DNA of 15,601 bases from Polyangia bacterium (lineage in GTDB: Bacteria; Myxococcota_A; Polyangia; JAAYKL01). The position numbers were made by a program, and so were the translations under genes. A model generated the notes under the pieces. It was not told the DNA's origin. It worked only from the letters and a program-made list of their open reading frames with translations, and made no database searches. Below, piece after piece: positions 1 to 11,866 of the stretch (its first letter is position 1; each line of letters begins with the position of its first letter). The stretch lies in contig JBNKCR010000069.1 in assembly GCA_050287845.1 (NCBI GenBank), positions 1-15,601 of the forward strand, written 5' to 3'.

Positions 1-270
1 CTTGATATAGTCAGCGTGCCCGGGGCAATCCACATGCGCATAATGACGATTCGCTGTCTGATACTCCACATGCGCTGTCGCAATGGTGATGCCGCGCTCT
101 TTTTCCTCAGGCGCTTTATCGATTTCATCAAATGCGATGAATTGCGCACCACCAGCCTCGGCCAACGTTTTCGTGATCGCTGCGGTCAATGTGGTTTTGC
201 CGTGGTCAATATGACCAATTGTTCCAATATTGACGTGTGGTTTCGTTCTTACAAATTTTTCTTTTGCCAT
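1..270 (-). CDS. tuf: Elongation factor Tu, N-terminal 90 codons (runs off the left edge); str-operon copy
   Basis: Manual translation from ATG at 270: [34 protein letters not shown]...[36 protein letters not shown]. Has the G1 (GHIDHGKT), G2 (RGITI) and G3 (DCPG) motifs and an AAGGGAG SD upstream. Not in the ORF track. Confidence 0.99.
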   Translation of the reverse strand, partial: MAKEKFVRTKPHVNIGTIGHIDHGKTTLTAAITKTLAEAGGAQFIAFDEIDKAPEEKERGITIATAHVEYQTANRHYAHVDCPGHADYIK

Positions 271-315
271 GATAAAGCTCCCTTATCAGCAGACCCTCGC
301 AGATACTACTGACGC

Positions 316-2382
316 TCATCCTAGAATCGCTTTTGCGATTTCCTTGGGCACCGCACTGAAATGCGAAAATTGCATTGTATACGTCGCACGCCCCTGGGTT
401 AGTGTTCTTAAATCTGTTGTATATCCAAACATTTGTCTTAGCGGCACATTGACATTCACCATTTGGGCGATGCCGTTATTTTCGATACCGTTAATTTTCC
501 CCTGCCTTCGATTCAAATCTCCAACCACATCACCAAGAAATTCATCGGGCACGACAACCTGAACATCCATGATTGGTTCCAGCAGGGCTGGCGCACCTTC
601 ACGCAATGCATCTCGCAAGGCGATCGAGGCGGCGATTTTATACGCTAATTCTGTGCTGTCAACAAGATGTTGCAACTCTTTTAAAATAGTCACCTCAACA
701 TCGACTACAGGATAGCCCGCCAGCACCCCTGATTCCAACGCCCCTCGTACACTTTCCTCTATAGATTCAATAAGTTGAGGTGTCAGTCCGGAATCATTGG
801 CCTCTATCTTGAAAATAATTCCTTCGCCTCGTTTACCCGGACAAATCTTCAGTGGAACGGCCGCTTTGTGATTCACGGCCCCAATGGTTTTTTCGAATTC
901 ACCCGTTGCTATTGCTTCTTTCGACACAGTCTCCCGGAATGCCACGCGGGGTTCGCCAACATTTGCCGCAACATTGAACTCTCTTTTTAACCGGTCCACC
1001 ACGATTTCCAGATGAAGTTCGCCCATCCCCCGAATAAGTGTCTGCCCTGTTTCCTCGTCCGTTTTTACTACAAAGGTCGGATCCTCAAACGCAAGACGAT
1101 CGAGTGCAACGGCAAGTTTGTCCTGGTCAGCGACTGTACGGGGCTCAATTGCAATGGAAATCACTGGTTCCGGCGCTTCAATGCTTTCCAACAGGAGTTC
1201 ATTTCCCTCAGCGCACAGTGTATCACCGGTGGAAGTGAATTTCAGCCCCACAATCGCTGCGATATCTCCCGCGCTGATACGAGTGAGCTCTTCACGCTTA
1301 TTGGCATGCATCTTCAACAGTTTATTGAAGCGTTCCTTTTTCTTTTTGCCAACGTTCTGTACTCGCTTGCCAGCCTCAATCTCCCCTGAATACACTCTCA
1401 CATATGTAAGTTGCCCCGCAAACGAATCGTTCTGAATTTTAAAAGCCAACGCAGCAAACGGTTCCTTGTCAGAAGGATGACGTTCAACTTCTTTTCCAGT
1501 ATGGGGATGAATCCCAACTACCGGCGGCAAATCAACTGGCGAAGGCAGATAATCGACAACCGCGTCTAAAACTGGTTGCACACCCTTATTTTTGAAAGCG
1601 GAGCCACAAAAAACCGGAACGAGCTGGCAGGAGATAACTCCCTTGCGGAGAGCTGCACGAATCTTTTCCGCAGACACATCCTCGCCTTCCAGATATGATT
1701 CCATAATGCTCTCGTCAAAATCAGCAGCAGCCTCGATCAAGGACTCCCGATGACTGGCAACTGTATCTGTTAAGTTATCAGGTACGTCCTCTTCGCTGAA
1801 TTCCACACCTAAAGAGTCATCGTTCCAGGTGATCACCTTGTTTATTAAGAGATCAACGACGCCTTTGAATTCAGATTCAGCACCAAACGGCAGCTGCATT
1901 ACCAATGCCCGAGCCCCAAGACGTTCACGAATCATTTTGACACAACGATCAAAATCAGCGCCTGTGCGATCCATTTTGTTGACAAAAGCCAGTTTGGGAA
2001 CGTGATACTTATTTGCCTGGCGCCATACTGTTTCGGACTGCGGTTCAACACCGGCAACCCCGTCGAAAACACCGATGGCACCATCCAGGACCCGTAACGA
2101 TCTTTCGACCTCCATTGTAAAATCCACGTGCCCGGGTGTATCGATAATGTTGATGCGATGATCTTTCCAGTGACAGGCTGTCGCAGCGCTGGTAATAGTA
2201 ATCCCACGCTCCTGCTCCTGAGGCATCCAATCCATCTGAGCAGTACCTTCGTGTACTTCTCCAATCTTGTGAGAAATACCCGTATAAAACAACACTCTTT
2301 CAGTCAGTGTCGTTTTACCGGCGTCAATATGGGCCATAATCCCAATATTACGGGTATGGTCAATGGAAGGCTTCCTGGCCAC
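316..2382 (-). CDS. fusA: Elongation factor G family protein (688 aa) with divergent domain IV, probably EF-G2/spdEFG2-like
   Basis: Motifs [47 protein letters not shown]. Start moved from 2412 to GTG at 2382 because GGGAG (2389-2393) lies 6 nt upstream and the N-terminus then resembles typical EF-G. Lies between rpsG and tuf. Confidence 0.97.
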   Translation of the reverse strand: MARKPSIDHTRNIGIMAHIDAGKTTLTERVLFYTGISHKIGEVHEGTAQMDWMPQEQERGITITSAATACHWKDHRINIIDTPGHVDFTMEVERSLRVLDGAIGVFDGVAGVEPQSETVWRQANKYHVPKLAFVNKMDRTGADFDRCVKMIRERLGARALVMQLPFGAESEFKGVVDLLINKVITWNDDSLGVEFSEEDVPDNLTDTVASHRESLIEAAADFDESIMESYLEGEDVSAEKIRAALRKGVISCQLVPVFCGSAFKNKGVQPVLDAVVDYLPSPVDLPPVVGIHPHTGKEVERHPSDKEPFAALAFKIQNDSFAGQLTYVRVYSGEIEAGKRVQNVGKKKKERFNKLLKMHANKREELTRISAGDIAAIVGLKFTSTGDTLCAEGNELLLESIEAPEPVISIAIEPRTVADQDKLAVALDRLAFEDPTFVVKTDEETGQTLIRGMGELHLEIVVDRLKREFNVAANVGEPRVAFRETVSKEAIATGEFEKTIGAVNHKAAVPLKICPGKRGEGIIFKIEANDSGLTPQLIESIEESVRGALESGVLAGYPVVDVEVTILKELQHLVDSTELAYKIAASIALRDALREGAPALLEPIMDVQVVVPDEFLGDVVGDLNRRQGKINGIENNGIAQMVNVNVPLRQMFGYTTDLRTLTQGRATYTMQFSHFSAVPKEIAKAILG

Positions 2383-2514
2383 ACTAAACTCCCAATCCGC
2401 CAACACCCTCAATGTGTCTGCGGCAAGAGCTCCCTAAACGGCATCGTTCGGCACGGTGTTGTGCCCGCCGAAGAAAACTCGGGATAGGTCATCTAAATCA
2501 GATGACTGAATTTT

Positions 2515-2985
2515 TTACCAACGATAATGTGCGAAGGCTTTATTCGCCTCTGCCATTTTGTGCGTATCTTCACGCTTCTTGATAGAAGAACCACGATTCT
2601 GTGACGCATCTACCAATTCGGCAGCCAAGCGCTCTCGCATTGTATGCTCTCCGCGAGACCGCGAATAATTGATCAACCAACGCATCGCAAGCGCAAGTCT
2701 ACGACTGGAGCGAATTTCTATTGGCACCTGATATGTAGCGCCCCCAACCCGGCGAGATTTCACCTCGATTTTGGGCTTCGCATTTTCAATTGCCTTTTTA
2801 AAAACCTCAAGCGGATCCTGCTTGTATCGTTGTTCTACGATATCAAACGCTCCATACAATGCTCTTTCAGCCGTACTCTTCTTTCCGTCATACATCATTT
2901 TGGTGATGAACTTGGAAACTATGCGGCTTCTGAACTTGGGGTCCGGATGGACTTTTCTTTTTGGTACTTCCCTACGTCTAGGCAT
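2515..2985 (-). CDS. rpsG: 30S ribosomal protein S7
   Basis: [10 protein letters not shown]...DGKKSTAE...[15 protein letters not shown]...[15 protein letters not shown], 156 aa; follows rpsL after 9 nt. Confidence 0.99.
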   Translation of the reverse strand: MPRRREVPKRKVHPDPKFRSRIVSKFITKMMYDGKKSTAERALYGAFDIVEQRYKQDPLEVFKKAIENAKPKIEVKSRRVGGATYQVPIEIRSSRRLALAMRWLINYSRSRGEHTMRERLAAELVDASQNRGSSIKKREDTHKMAEANKAFAHYRW

Positions 2986-2994
2986 CTTAATCCC

Positions 2995-3369
2995 CTACCC
3001 TTTGGGCCTTTTGGCGCCGTATTTGCTGCGACCCTTGCGTCTATCGTCAACGCCAGAGGCGTCCATATTTCCGCGAATGACATGATATCGAACGCCGGGA
3101 AGGTCCTTCACACGACCGCCGCGAATCAATACCACAGAGTGTTCCTGCAGGTTGTGACCTTCACCAGGAATATAACTGGTCACTTCCATACCGTTGGTCA
3201 AACGAACTCTCGCCACTTTTCGAAGGGCCGAGTTCGGTTTTTTGGGAGTGGACGTATAAACCCTAACGCAAACGCCCCTTTTCTGGGGACATCCTCTCAA
3301 GGCCGGAGCATCTTTTTTATCAAACTGTTTTTTACGTCTTTTACGTACTAATTGGTTGATAGTAGGCAT
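2995..3369 (-). CDS. rpsL: 30S ribosomal protein S12
   Basis: [10 protein letters not shown]...PQKRGVC...[17 protein letters not shown]...[12 protein letters not shown], 124 aa. Confidence 0.99.
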   Translation of the reverse strand: MPTINQLVRKRRKKQFDKKDAPALRGCPQKRGVCVRVYTSTPKKPNSALRKVARVRLTNGMEVTSYIPGEGHNLQEHSVVLIRGGRVKDLPGVRYHVIRGNMDASGVDDRRKGRSKYGAKRPKG

Positions 3370-3416
3370 ATTAATTCTTTCTATCCTTTGTCCATAAAAA
3401 GGACCTGAGGCGGTCG

Positions 3417-3445
3417 TCTATAAGTTACCTGGAATCATTTGTCAA
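3417..3445 (-). promoter_or_regulatory. Candidate sigma70 promoter for the str operon, overlapping the rpoC stop codon
   Basis: Minus strand TTGACA (3445-3440), 17 nt spacer, TATAGA (3422-3417). The -35 is perfect, the spacing optimal and the -10 a 4/6 match; about 47 nt upstream of the rpsL ATG. Confidence 0.55.
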
Positions 3446-6400
3446 GCAGAAGTAACACCGGTAATACCATTAAAATCTGTCGGGGGCACATCATCAGAAC
3501 TGGACAGTTCATCTTCGGTAGTTTCCGAGATAGTCAAGTCCTTGTACATCTGAACCCCCGTTCCAGCAGGTATCAACCGTCCCATGATGACGTTCTCTTT
3601 GGGTCCCACCAATTCATCGACACGGCCTGAGATACCCGCTTCCGTCAACACCTTTGTCGTTTCCTGAAAGGACGAAGCAGAAATGAAGCTATCGGTTGAT
3701 AGCGCAGCCTTTGTAATTCCCAGTAACAACCCCTCTGCCGTCGCAGGTTGTCCGCCTTCGGCCATCACACGTTCATTCTCCGCGCGGAAAGTGGATTTGG
3801 GCACTTTGTCATCCACCAGGAAGCGAGTATCTCCTGGCTCCTTGATGGTTACACGTTTCAACATCTGGCGAACGATGGTTTCAATATGTTTATCGTTGAT
3901 TGCCACACCCTGAAGACGATATACCTCCTGTACTTCATCCACGAGATATTTGGCGAGTGCTTTTTCTCCCATTACTTTCAGGATATCGTGAGGGTTAGCT
4001 GGTCCATCCATCAATGGTTCGCCAGCTCTGATAAAGTCACCTTCTTTGCAGGAGATGTGCTTTCCTTTGAGAATCAGGTATTCTTTGCGCTCACCGATTT
4101 CAGGTGTAATAACCACCTTCCGCTTGCCTTTGGTGTCTTTACCAAAAGAAATTACGCCGTCAATCTCAGATATAACCGCGTGTTCCTTGGGCTTGCGTGC
4201 TTCAAAAAGTTCAGCAACCCGAGGCAGACCACCGGTAATATCCTTTGTTTTGGTCGTTTCACGGGGTATCTTCGCTATAACGTCGCCAGCCTCGATGTAA
4301 TCCCCTTCGTTCACTGTGATATTCGCTGATACGGGCAACAGATATCGGGCAGCGGAATTACCGGTCATCTTCGTTTCGCCGCTTTCATTCTTAATCGAAA
4401 TACGCGGACGCAACTCGGGATCCTTCGATTCAACAATGACTTTACGGGAAAGACCGGTAACATCATCCAGCATCTCCGACATCGAGACCCCTTCAATCAC
4501 GTCTCCATACTTAACAATGCCATCCGTTTCGGCGACAATTGGAATCGAATAGGGATCCCATTCTGCAATGAGTTGTCCCTTTTCAACCACGTCACCTTCC
4601 TTCACCGCCAGTGTCGCACCGTATACCACAGGGTACGGATATTCACGCCCTGAATCGTCGCCGACGACAATTTCGCCGTTCCTTGACATTACAACGCGAT
4701 CGCTGTTGGATTTCGAAGCAAGCTCTATGTTTCGGAAAGAAACCATTCCGCTCTGGGTCGCTTCCAATTTGGATTGTTCAATCTTACCACGCTTGGCCGC
4801 GCCACCGATGTGAAAAGTTCTCATAGTAAGCTGCGTACCCGGCTCACCAATGGATTGCGCAGCAATAATACCAACGGCCTCACCTATATTGACCTGATTG
4901 CCTCTGGCGAGATCCCGACCATAACACTTGACGCAAATCCCCTTTTGGGTCTGACACGTCAACACGGAACGAATGGTCACATTGCCGACTCCTGCTTTTT
5001 CAATGGCTTCAACCTTGTCTTCGTCAATCAGTTCATTAGACTCCACCAGTAATTCCCCGGTATATGGATCATAAATATCATCCAGGGCCACACGTCCGAG
5101 AACGCGCTCTCCCAACCGTTCAATGACCTCACCACCTTCTTCAAGAGGAGTCACTTCGATTCCATCCAACGTACCGCAGTCAAACTCAGTTATTGTTGCA
5201 TCCTGAGCCACATCCACCAGACGACGTGTCAGATAGCCTGAGTTCGCAGTCTTCAAAGCGGTATCTGCAAGACCTTTTCGGGCACCGTGCGTCGATGTGA
5301 AATACTGAAGAACAGTCAATCCCTCACGGAAATTTGCCGTAATCGGTGTTTCAATAATCTCACCGGATGGTTTCGCCATCAATCCACGCATTCCTGCCAG
5401 CTGACGAAGCTGCGCATTCGAACCTCGCGCTCCGGAATCCGCCATAATAAAAATAGGGTTAAAGCTCGATACCGTTTTTGTCTTTCCGGTTTTCCGGTCA
5501 ACCACATCCTGCAACTGAATGTTTTTTACCATTTCATCGGCAATCTGATCGGATGCTGCGGCCCAGACATCAACAATTTTGTTGTACCTCTCACCGTCGG
5601 TAATCAGACCTTCCTGATACTGTCCAACAACCCGTGCAACTTCCGCTTCCGCGTCGGCAAGCAAGTACTTCTTTGCCTCAGGTATTTCCATGTCGCTCAT
5701 ACAGATACTGATGCCGGCGCTTGTAGCGAATTCAAATCCCATAGTGCGAAGATGGTCCGCCAGAAGAACCGTGTCTTTATTTGTACAGTTACGATAGGCA
5801 GCATCGATAATTCGAGACAGAGCCTTCTTGTCAAGTACCTTGTTCACCGTCTCAAACGTCAACCCCGGCGGCAAAATATCGCCAACGATAGCGCGCCCCA
5901 CCGACGTGGGAACAATTTTCCCGTTCTGACGAACCATTACCTGCGCGTGCAAATCAATTGCGCCTGTATCATACGCCATCCGAATCTCGTTCACAGAAGA
6001 ATACACCCCGATGAACTTGTCTTTGCCTTCAGCTCCAACCTGATACTCACCCCGTGCGAAAGGCCTTGTACTGGTCATATAATACAGTCCCAGAACCACA
6101 TCCTGGGTCGGATTGATAATCGGTTTACCATGGGCGGGACTCAGGATGTTATTGGTGGACATCATCAGAATCCGCGCTTCCATCTGCGCTTCTATTGACA
6201 GTGGCACGTGAACGGCCATCTGGTCGCCGTCGAAATCTGCATTGAAAGCTGTACAAACCAGTGGGTGCAGCTGAATAGCCTTTCCCTCAATCAGTATCGG
6301 TTCAAATGCCTGAATACCAAGTCTGTGCAAAGTCGGTGCACGATTCAGCATCACCGGATGTTCGCTGATGACCTCGTCGAGAATATCCCAGACTTCCGGA

Positions 6401-7617
6401 CGGGCTTTCTCCACCATTTTTTTTGCGCTCTTGATTGTGGTCACGAACCCGCGTTCTTCAAGTTTGCTGTAAATGAACGGCTTAAAAAGTTCCAACGCCA
6501 TCTGCTTGGGCAAACCACACTGGTGCAATTTCAGGGATGGCCCCACGACGATAACCGAGCGGCCAGAATAATCCACACGTTTCCCGAGCAGATTCTGTCT
6601 GAATCGGCCCTGCTTCCCCTTCAGCATATCCGACAGAGATTTCAGTGGTCTTTTATTGGGGCCAGTTATCGTTTTTCCGCGACGTCCATTATTGAACAGG
6701 GCATCCACTGACTCCTGCAACATCCGTCGTTCATTGCGAATGATAATATCCGGTGCATTCAACTCCAAAAGTCGTTTCAAACGATTATTTCGGTTAATAA
6801 CCCGTCGATACAGGTCATTCAAATCGCTGGTGGCAAAACGCCCTCCATCCAGAGGAACCAGAGGTCGCAAATCAGGCGGTAACACCGGAATACGAGTCAG
6901 CATCATCCATTCCGGCTTATTTCCGGAACCTTTCAAAGACTCTGCCACCTTCAGTCGTTTTGTCAGTTTCTTCCGTTTGGCTTCGCTGGTAGTCGTTGTC
7001 AATTCTCCACGAAGTTCCTCGCTTAAAGAAATCACATCAATATCTTTAAGCAATTCGAGAATCGCCTCGCCACCCATTCCGACTACAAAAGTATCCCAGC
7101 CAAACTCCTCGATAGCCTGCTGATATTTTTCTTCCGATAATATTTCGCCTTTTTCAAGGGGTGTTTCCATAGGATCAAGGACCACATAGCTCTCACAATA
7201 GAGTACGCGCTCAAGGTCCTTGAGAGTAACATCGAGTAACGCTCCCATACGAGAAGGCAAACTCTTTAAAAACCAGATATGCGCAACCGGGGAAGCCAGA
7301 TTAATGTGACCGAGTCTCTCGCGTCTAACTTTGGACTGAATTACCTCGACACCACATTTTTCACAAACGATCCCCCGATGCTTCATCCGTTTATACTTAC
7401 CGCAGTTACATTCGTAATCCTTAACAGGCCCGAAAACCTTGGCACAGAACAAACCATCTCTTTCCGGCTTAAAGGTTCGATAATTAATCGTCTCCGGTTT
7501 CTTTACCTCACCATTTGACCATTCCAAAATCTGTTCCGGACTGGCAAGTGAAATCCGAATCGCTGAAAAACTCAGCGGATCTTTGGGTTTGTCAAAAAAG
7601 CTGAAGATATCTTTCAT
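3442..7617 (-). CDS. rpoC: DNA-directed RNA polymerase beta' subunit
   Basis: 1391 aa; zinc ribbon CNCGKY...[16 protein letters not shown], catalytic NADFDGD, bridge helix [23 protein letters not shown], and a trigger loop split by a large insertion (about 4256-4800) as in the proteobacterial beta' SI3. Confidence 0.99.
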   Translation of the reverse strand: MKDIFSFFDKPKDPLSFSAIRISLASPEQILEWSNGEVKKPETINYRTFKPERDGLFCAKVFGPVKDYECNCGKYKRMKHRGIVCEKCGVEVIQSKVRRERLGHINLASPVAHIWFLKSLPSRMGALLDVTLKDLERVLYCESYVVLDPMETPLEKGEILSEEKYQQAIEEFGWDTFVVGMGGEAILELLKDIDVISLSEELRGELTTTTSEAKRKKLTKRLKVAESLKGSGNKPEWMMLTRIPVLPPDLRPLVPLDGGRFATSDLNDLYRRVINRNNRLKRLLELNAPDIIIRNERRMLQESVDALFNNGRRGKTITGPNKRPLKSLSDMLKGKQGRFRQNLLGKRVDYSGRSVIVVGPSLKLHQCGLPKQMALELFKPFIYSKLEERGFVTTIKSAKKMVEKARPEVWDILDEVISEHPVMLNRAPTLHRLGIQAFEPILIEGKAIQLHPLVCTAFNADFDGDQMAVHVPLSIEAQMEARILMMSTNNILSPAHGKPIINPTQDVVLGLYYMTSTRPFARGEYQVGAEGKDKFIGVYSSVNEIRMAYDTGAIDLHAQVMVRQNGKIVPTSVGRAIVGDILPPGLTFETVNKVLDKKALSRIIDAAYRNCTNKDTVLLADHLRTMGFEFATSAGISICMSDMEIPEAKKYLLADAEAEVARVVGQYQEGLITDGERYNKIVDVWAAASDQIADEMVKNIQLQDVVDRKTGKTKTVSSFNPIFIMADSGARGSNAQLRQLAGMRGLMAKPSGEIIETPITANFREGLTVLQYFTSTHGARKGLADTALKTANSGYLTRRLVDVAQDATITEFDCGTLDGIEVTPLEEGGEVIERLGERVLGRVALDDIYDPYTGELLVESNELIDEDKVEAIEKAGVGNVTIRSVLTCQTQKGICVKCYGRDLARGNQVNIGEAVGIIAAQSIGEPGTQLTMRTFHIGGAAKRGKIEQSKLEATQSGMVSFRNIELASKSNSDRVVMSRNGEIVVGDDSGREYPYPVVYGATLAVKEGDVVEKGQLIAEWDPYSIPIVAETDGIVKYGDVIEGVSMSEMLDDVTGLSRKVIVESKDPELRPRISIKNESGETKMTGNSAARYLLPVSANITVNEGDYIEAGDVIAKIPRETTKTKDITGGLPRVAELFEARKPKEHAVISEIDGVISFGKDTKGKRKVVITPEIGERKEYLILKGKHISCKEGDFIRAGEPLMDGPANPHDILKVMGEKALAKYLVDEVQEVYRLQGVAINDKHIETIVRQMLKRVTIKEPGDTRFLVDDKVPKSTFRAENERVMAEGGQPATAEGLLLGITKAALSTDSFISASSFQETTKVLTEAGISGRVDELVGPKENVIMGRLIPAGTGVQMYKDLTISETTEDELSSSDDVPPTDFNGITGVTSA

Positions 7618-10600
7618 GATAAATCTCCCAGTCCGTCCACTTCGGGCTCATCTGGTATATACACGTCATCGCTCGAGCGTCCCTCAACCAACTCAACATT
7701 CAGACACAGACTCTGAAGCTCTTTAATAAGCACGTTGAAAGACTCGGGCAAACCAGCTTCAAGCTCCTGGTCACCTTTTACAATCGATTCATACATTCTG
7801 GTTCGACCCATAACGTCGTCGCTCTTTACGGTCAGAAATTCCTGCAATGCATATGCAGCGCCGTAAGCCTCCATTGCCCACACTTCCATTTCACCCAACC
7901 GCTGACCACCAAACTGCGCTTTGCCGCCAAGAGGCTGCTGCGTCACCAGAGAGTATGGACCAATGGAACGAGCATGAATTTTATCGTCGACCAGGTGATG
8001 CAACTTGAGAATATACATCACGCCAACAGTAACATCCTGCTCAAAAGGATTACCGGTTCGCCCATCGTAAAGCACAACCTGTCCGGTGGGTGGCATTTCC
8101 CCCTGTTGAAGCGCCGCGCGAATTTCCCGCTCGTTGGCGCCATCGAACACCGGTGTCCCGAACAGAATCCCTTCTTTATAAGACCTGGCAAATTCAATCA
8201 CTTCATCGTCTGTCATTTTCGAGATATGATTTTTGCCCACACTGCTTGGCAACATGCTCACCAGCTTTTCGCGCAGACCATCTGCCGTAAATCCTCTTTC
8301 CTCAAGCATTTCATTGATGCGAAGCCCCATTGCGCGACCTGCACCACCAAGATGGGTCTCGAGAATCTGTCCAACATTCATACGGGAGGGAACACCAAGC
8401 GGGTTCAACACTACATCCACCGGACTTCCATCCTGCATAAAAGGCATATCTTCTTCCGGAAGAATCCGGCTGATAACACCCTTATTACCATGTCGACCGG
8501 CCATCTTATCCCCAACTGAAATGCGGCGTTTAATGGCGATAAACAGTTTCACCATTTTGATGACGCCAGGGGGAAGTTCATCGCCCTGAGAGAGACGGTC
8601 AATTTTTTCATAAAAATTTTCCTCAATCATCGCCTGCTGGTTTTCCAGAGACTCGAGGATCTGATTCACTCGCTCCTGGCCTTCGTCTACCGGAATCTGA
8701 CCAAGATATTTACGAGAAATTCCCTTCAGAATATCTCTGGTGAGCGTCACATCCTTATCTACCAGAACGTCACCCTTTTTATCCACCAGTTTTCCTCTGG
8801 TAAGCTGACCGCTGAGAACTTCGACAATTCGACCAATCGCAGACTCTCGAACAATTCGAATCTCGGTTGCCATATTCTTTTCGAGGCGGGCTTTTTCCTG
8901 TTCTTCTATCTCACGTGCCCGTTCGTCCTTATCGGTACCTTTTCTGCTGAAGACTCGAGCATCAATCACGATTCCTGAAACACCCGGTGAAACTCTGAGA
9001 GAAGAATCGCGGACATCCCCAGCCTTTTCGCCAAAAATGGCCCGAAGCAACTTTTCTTCAGGACTCAGCTGAGTCTCGCCTTTGGGGGTGATCTTTCCAA
9101 CCAGAATATCGCCCTGTTTCACTTTGGCGCCAATGCGAATGATCCCACTTTCATCCAGATTTGCCAACGCATCTTCCCCAACATTGGGAATATCTCTCGT
9201 GATTTCCTCTGGTCCCAATTTGGTGTCACGGGCAACACATTCAAATTCTTCGATGTGAATAGAAGTATACACATCGTCTTTTGCAAGTCGTTCGGAAATA
9301 AGAATGGAATCCTCGAAGTTATATCCGCCCCAAGGCATGAACGCCACGAGAACATTCTGTCCCAGCGCCAGCTCGCCATTCTGGGAAGAAGGTCCATCCG
9401 CAATAACTTGACCTTTTTCGACCCGTTCACCTGCGTAGACTATGGGTTTCTGATTTATGCAGGTATTCTGGTTTGAACGGCGGAACTTTACCAGATTGTA
9501 AATATCCGGAAAATCTCCGGCGGTGCCTTCTGCGCGAATAACGATTCGATTCGCATCCACAGACTCCACAATACCGGCACTTTTCGCAATCACCGTCACT
9601 CCGGAATCCTGAGCCACCTTCGCCTCGATTCCTGTGCCGACGATTGGAGATCGTGCTTTCAGCAGGGGAACGGCCTGACGCTGCATGTTGGATCCCATCA
9701 ATGCCCGGTTTGCATCGTCGTGTTCCAGGAACGGAATCAGGGATGATGCAACGGAAACCAGCTGATTTGGCGAAACTTCCATCAGGGTAACCTGATCAGA
9801 GGTCACTGTCTCAATTTCACCGTTGTGTCTGCATGGCAATACTTGACTGATGAGTCGTCCTTCCTCATCTCTGGGCTCATTCGCTTGAACGATGAAATGC
9901 TCTTCTTCTTCAAGAGCGCTGAAAAATTTCACTTCGTCGGTCAGCACACCGTCTTTAAACAGGCGATAAGGTGTTTCAACGAATCCGTATTCATTTACAT
10001 TTGCAAAAGTCGAAAGCGACGCAATCAACCCGATATTCGGACCTTCAGGTGTTTCGATCGGACAAATTCGGCCGTAGTGAGTAGAATGAACATCTCGCAC
10101 TTCAAAACCGGCACGCTCTCTGGTCAAACCGCCTGGGCCGAGTGCTGAAAGTCTTCTTTTATGAGTGACTTCCGACAATGGATTGGTCTGATCCATAAAC
10201 TGCGACAACTGACTCGACCCAAAATATTCCTTCACAACTGCGCTGACCGGTTTCGCATTGATCAAATCATGTGGCATGAGCGTTTCCAGCTCCTGGCTCA
10301 TACTCATGCGTTCTTTAATCGCCCGCTCCATCCGGACGAGCCCGATACGATACTGACTTTCCATCAACTCCCCAACAGCGCGAACCCGTCGATTTCCAAG
10401 GTGGTCAATATCGTCGACAGATCCCCGACCATTCTTGAGGTCAATGAGATGCTTCACTGTCTGCATAATGTCACTGGGCGTCAATGTTCTGAGATCCAAT
10501 GACTGTTCGGATTTAAATTTATAATTCAATTTCAACCGACCAACCTGACTCAAGTCATAGCGTTCCGGGTTGAAAAACAAATTGTTAAAAAGATTATTGG

Positions 10601-11765
10601 CGGTATCCAGCGTTGGTGGATCGCCGGGACGTAGTCTTCGATAAATCTCAAGAATTGACTCTTCCTGAGTGTTCACTTTATCAGCCAGCAGGGTATCTCT
10701 CAGATACGATCCAACATTCAGGCCGTCAATAAACAGAATTTTCAAGGTTTTGACGCCAGCATCGCGCAGTCTTTCCACTGCTGCCTCAGTGATCTCTTCA
10801 TTACATTCAACAAGGACTTCCCCAGTCTCCTCATCAACGACATCCTCTGCAGCGACTTTGCCGATAATATCATCCAGACCAATCGGCAAATGACTCAGAT
10901 TCGCCTCCTGCATCTTGCGGATCGCAGAGCGTGTGAATTTCCTGTTCTTCTTCACAACAACCTTGCCATCAATCTTGATATCCCTGGTAGAACGCTGCCC
11001 ACCAATCAAATCATACTCGATGCTCTTGGCGATAGTGCCGTCTTCATTGAAAGAAACTGTTTCTGTGTCATAAAAGAAATTCAACAATTCCTGTGTTGAA
11101 TATCCAAGCGCCCGCAAAAGCACTGTAGCGGGCATTTTTCTACGCCTGTCTATGCGGCAATGAATGATATTCTTGTGGTCAAATTCAAAATCCAACCACG
11201 AACCGCGATATGGAATCAATCTGGCAGAATAAAGCAGCTTCCCGGAAGAATGTGTTTTTCCCTTATCATGATCGAAAAACACACCGGGAGAACGGTGAAG
11301 CTGACTAACAACAACGCGTTCAGTTCCATTGATTATAAAGGTTCCGTTTTCCGTCATCAACGGAATCTCACCAAAGAAAACTTCCTGTTCCTTTATATCG
11401 CGGACGATAGGTTCGTCACCGTCTTCCGTTGGCGCATCGTAAATAATCAGTTGAATTGTAACCTTGATAGGCGCGGCATAGCTCATTCCACGCTGTCGAC
11501 ACTCTTCAACGTCATACTTGGGCTTTTCAAACACATAGCCAACGTATGCCAATTCACTGATTTCCTTAAAGTCTTTGATTGGGAAAACACTGTTGAAAAC
11601 GCCATGAATTCCAATATCTTCACGCTCATCGGCCGGAACCGTTGCCTGAAGAAACTTATCATACGACTTTTTCTGAAGTTCGATAAGGTGCGGAATTTCT
11701 ACGACTTTTTCAACCCTTCCAAACGTTTCTCGATGACGAAGATTTGCCCGAACTGTTGATGTCAT
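7614..11765 (-). CDS. rpoB: DNA-directed RNA polymerase beta subunit
   Basis: 1383 aa; [16 protein letters not shown], Rif cluster [58 protein letters not shown] upstream; stop overlaps the rpoC start (ATGA). Confidence 0.99.
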   Translation of the reverse strand: MTSTVRANLRHRETFGRVEKVVEIPHLIELQKKSYDKFLQATVPADEREDIGIHGVFNSVFPIKDFKEISELAYVGYVFEKPKYDVEECRQRGMSYAAPIKVTIQLIIYDAPTEDGDEPIVRDIKEQEVFFGEIPLMTENGTFIINGTERVVVSQLHRSPGVFFDHDKGKTHSSGKLLYSARLIPYRGSWLDFEFDHKNIIHCRIDRRRKMPATVLLRALGYSTQELLNFFYDTETVSFNEDGTIAKSIEYDLIGGQRSTRDIKIDGKVVVKKNRKFTRSAIRKMQEANLSHLPIGLDDIIGKVAAEDVVDEETGEVLVECNEEITEAAVERLRDAGVKTLKILFIDGLNVGSYLRDTLLADKVNTQEESILEIYRRLRPGDPPTLDTANNLFNNLFFNPERYDLSQVGRLKLNYKFKSEQSLDLRTLTPSDIMQTVKHLIDLKNGRGSVDDIDHLGNRRVRAVGELMESQYRIGLVRMERAIKERMSMSQELETLMPHDLINAKPVSAVVKEYFGSSQLSQFMDQTNPLSEVTHKRRLSALGPGGLTRERAGFEVRDVHSTHYGRICPIETPEGPNIGLIASLSTFANVNEYGFVETPYRLFKDGVLTDEVKFFSALEEEEHFIVQANEPRDEEGRLISQVLPCRHNGEIETVTSDQVTLMEVSPNQLVSVASSLIPFLEHDDANRALMGSNMQRQAVPLLKARSPIVGTGIEAKVAQDSGVTVIAKSAGIVESVDANRIVIRAEGTAGDFPDIYNLVKFRRSNQNTCINQKPIVYAGERVEKGQVIADGPSSQNGELALGQNVLVAFMPWGGYNFEDSILISERLAKDDVYTSIHIEEFECVARDTKLGPEEITRDIPNVGEDALANLDESGIIRIGAKVKQGDILVGKITPKGETQLSPEEKLLRAIFGEKAGDVRDSSLRVSPGVSGIVIDARVFSRKGTDKDERAREIEEQEKARLEKNMATEIRIVRESAIGRIVEVLSGQLTRGKLVDKKGDVLVDKDVTLTRDILKGISRKYLGQIPVDEGQERVNQILESLENQQAMIEENFYEKIDRLSQGDELPPGVIKMVKLFIAIKRRISVGDKMAGRHGNKGVISRILPEEDMPFMQDGSPVDVVLNPLGVPSRMNVGQILETHLGGAGRAMGLRINEMLEERGFTADGLREKLVSMLPSSVGKNHISKMTDDEVIEFARSYKEGILFGTPVFDGANEREIRAALQQGEMPPTGQVVLYDGRTGNPFEQDVTVGVMYILKLHHLVDDKIHARSIGPYSLVTQQPLGGKAQFGGQRLGEMEVWAMEAYGAAYALQEFLTVKSDDVMGRTRMYESIVKGDQELEAGLPESFNVLIKELQSLCLNVELVEGRSSDDVYIPDEPEVDGLGDLS

Positions 11766-11803
11766 GGCTTAGCTCCCTGTTTTGCCAGAAGAGTCAGATG
11801 AAA

Positions 11804-11866
11804 TACTCCACTGCAACCATCCAGACCATTTCTCTGGCCAGGATTTGCCACAGTGGAGTACTCCAC
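11804..11866 (-). promoter_or_regulatory. Structured element in the rplL-rpoB spacer (long hairpin plus overlapping palindrome); attenuator or processing-site candidate
   Basis: Perfect 10-bp inverted repeat TACTCCACTG (11804-11813) / CAGTGGAGTA (11851-11860) with further internal pairing, and a perfect 14-bp palindrome GTGGAGTACTCCAC at 11853-11866. The structure is seen; the function is inferred. Confidence 0.55.

Noticed and set aside
1..270. rpsJ expected directly after fusA
   Set aside because: Translation shows EF-Tu motifs; rpsJ, if adjacent, lies beyond the window.
2383..2412. ORF-track N-terminal extension of EF-G ([10 protein letters not shown]), and likewise of L12 (12316-12345)
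   Set aside because: The SD sequences sit inside these extensions, and the downstream GTG/ATG starts give typical N-termini.
10130..10225. Possible antibiotic-resistance alleles (RpoB Rif cluster I; also S12 K43/K88)
   Set aside because: [32 protein letters not shown] and RVKDLPG keep the usual sensitive-type residues.
3442..11765. Inteins, introns, splits or frameshifts in rpoB/rpoC
   Set aside because: Both frames are uninterrupted and of normal length. The large insertions match known proteobacterial-type lineage-specific domains, and I see no intein splice motifs.
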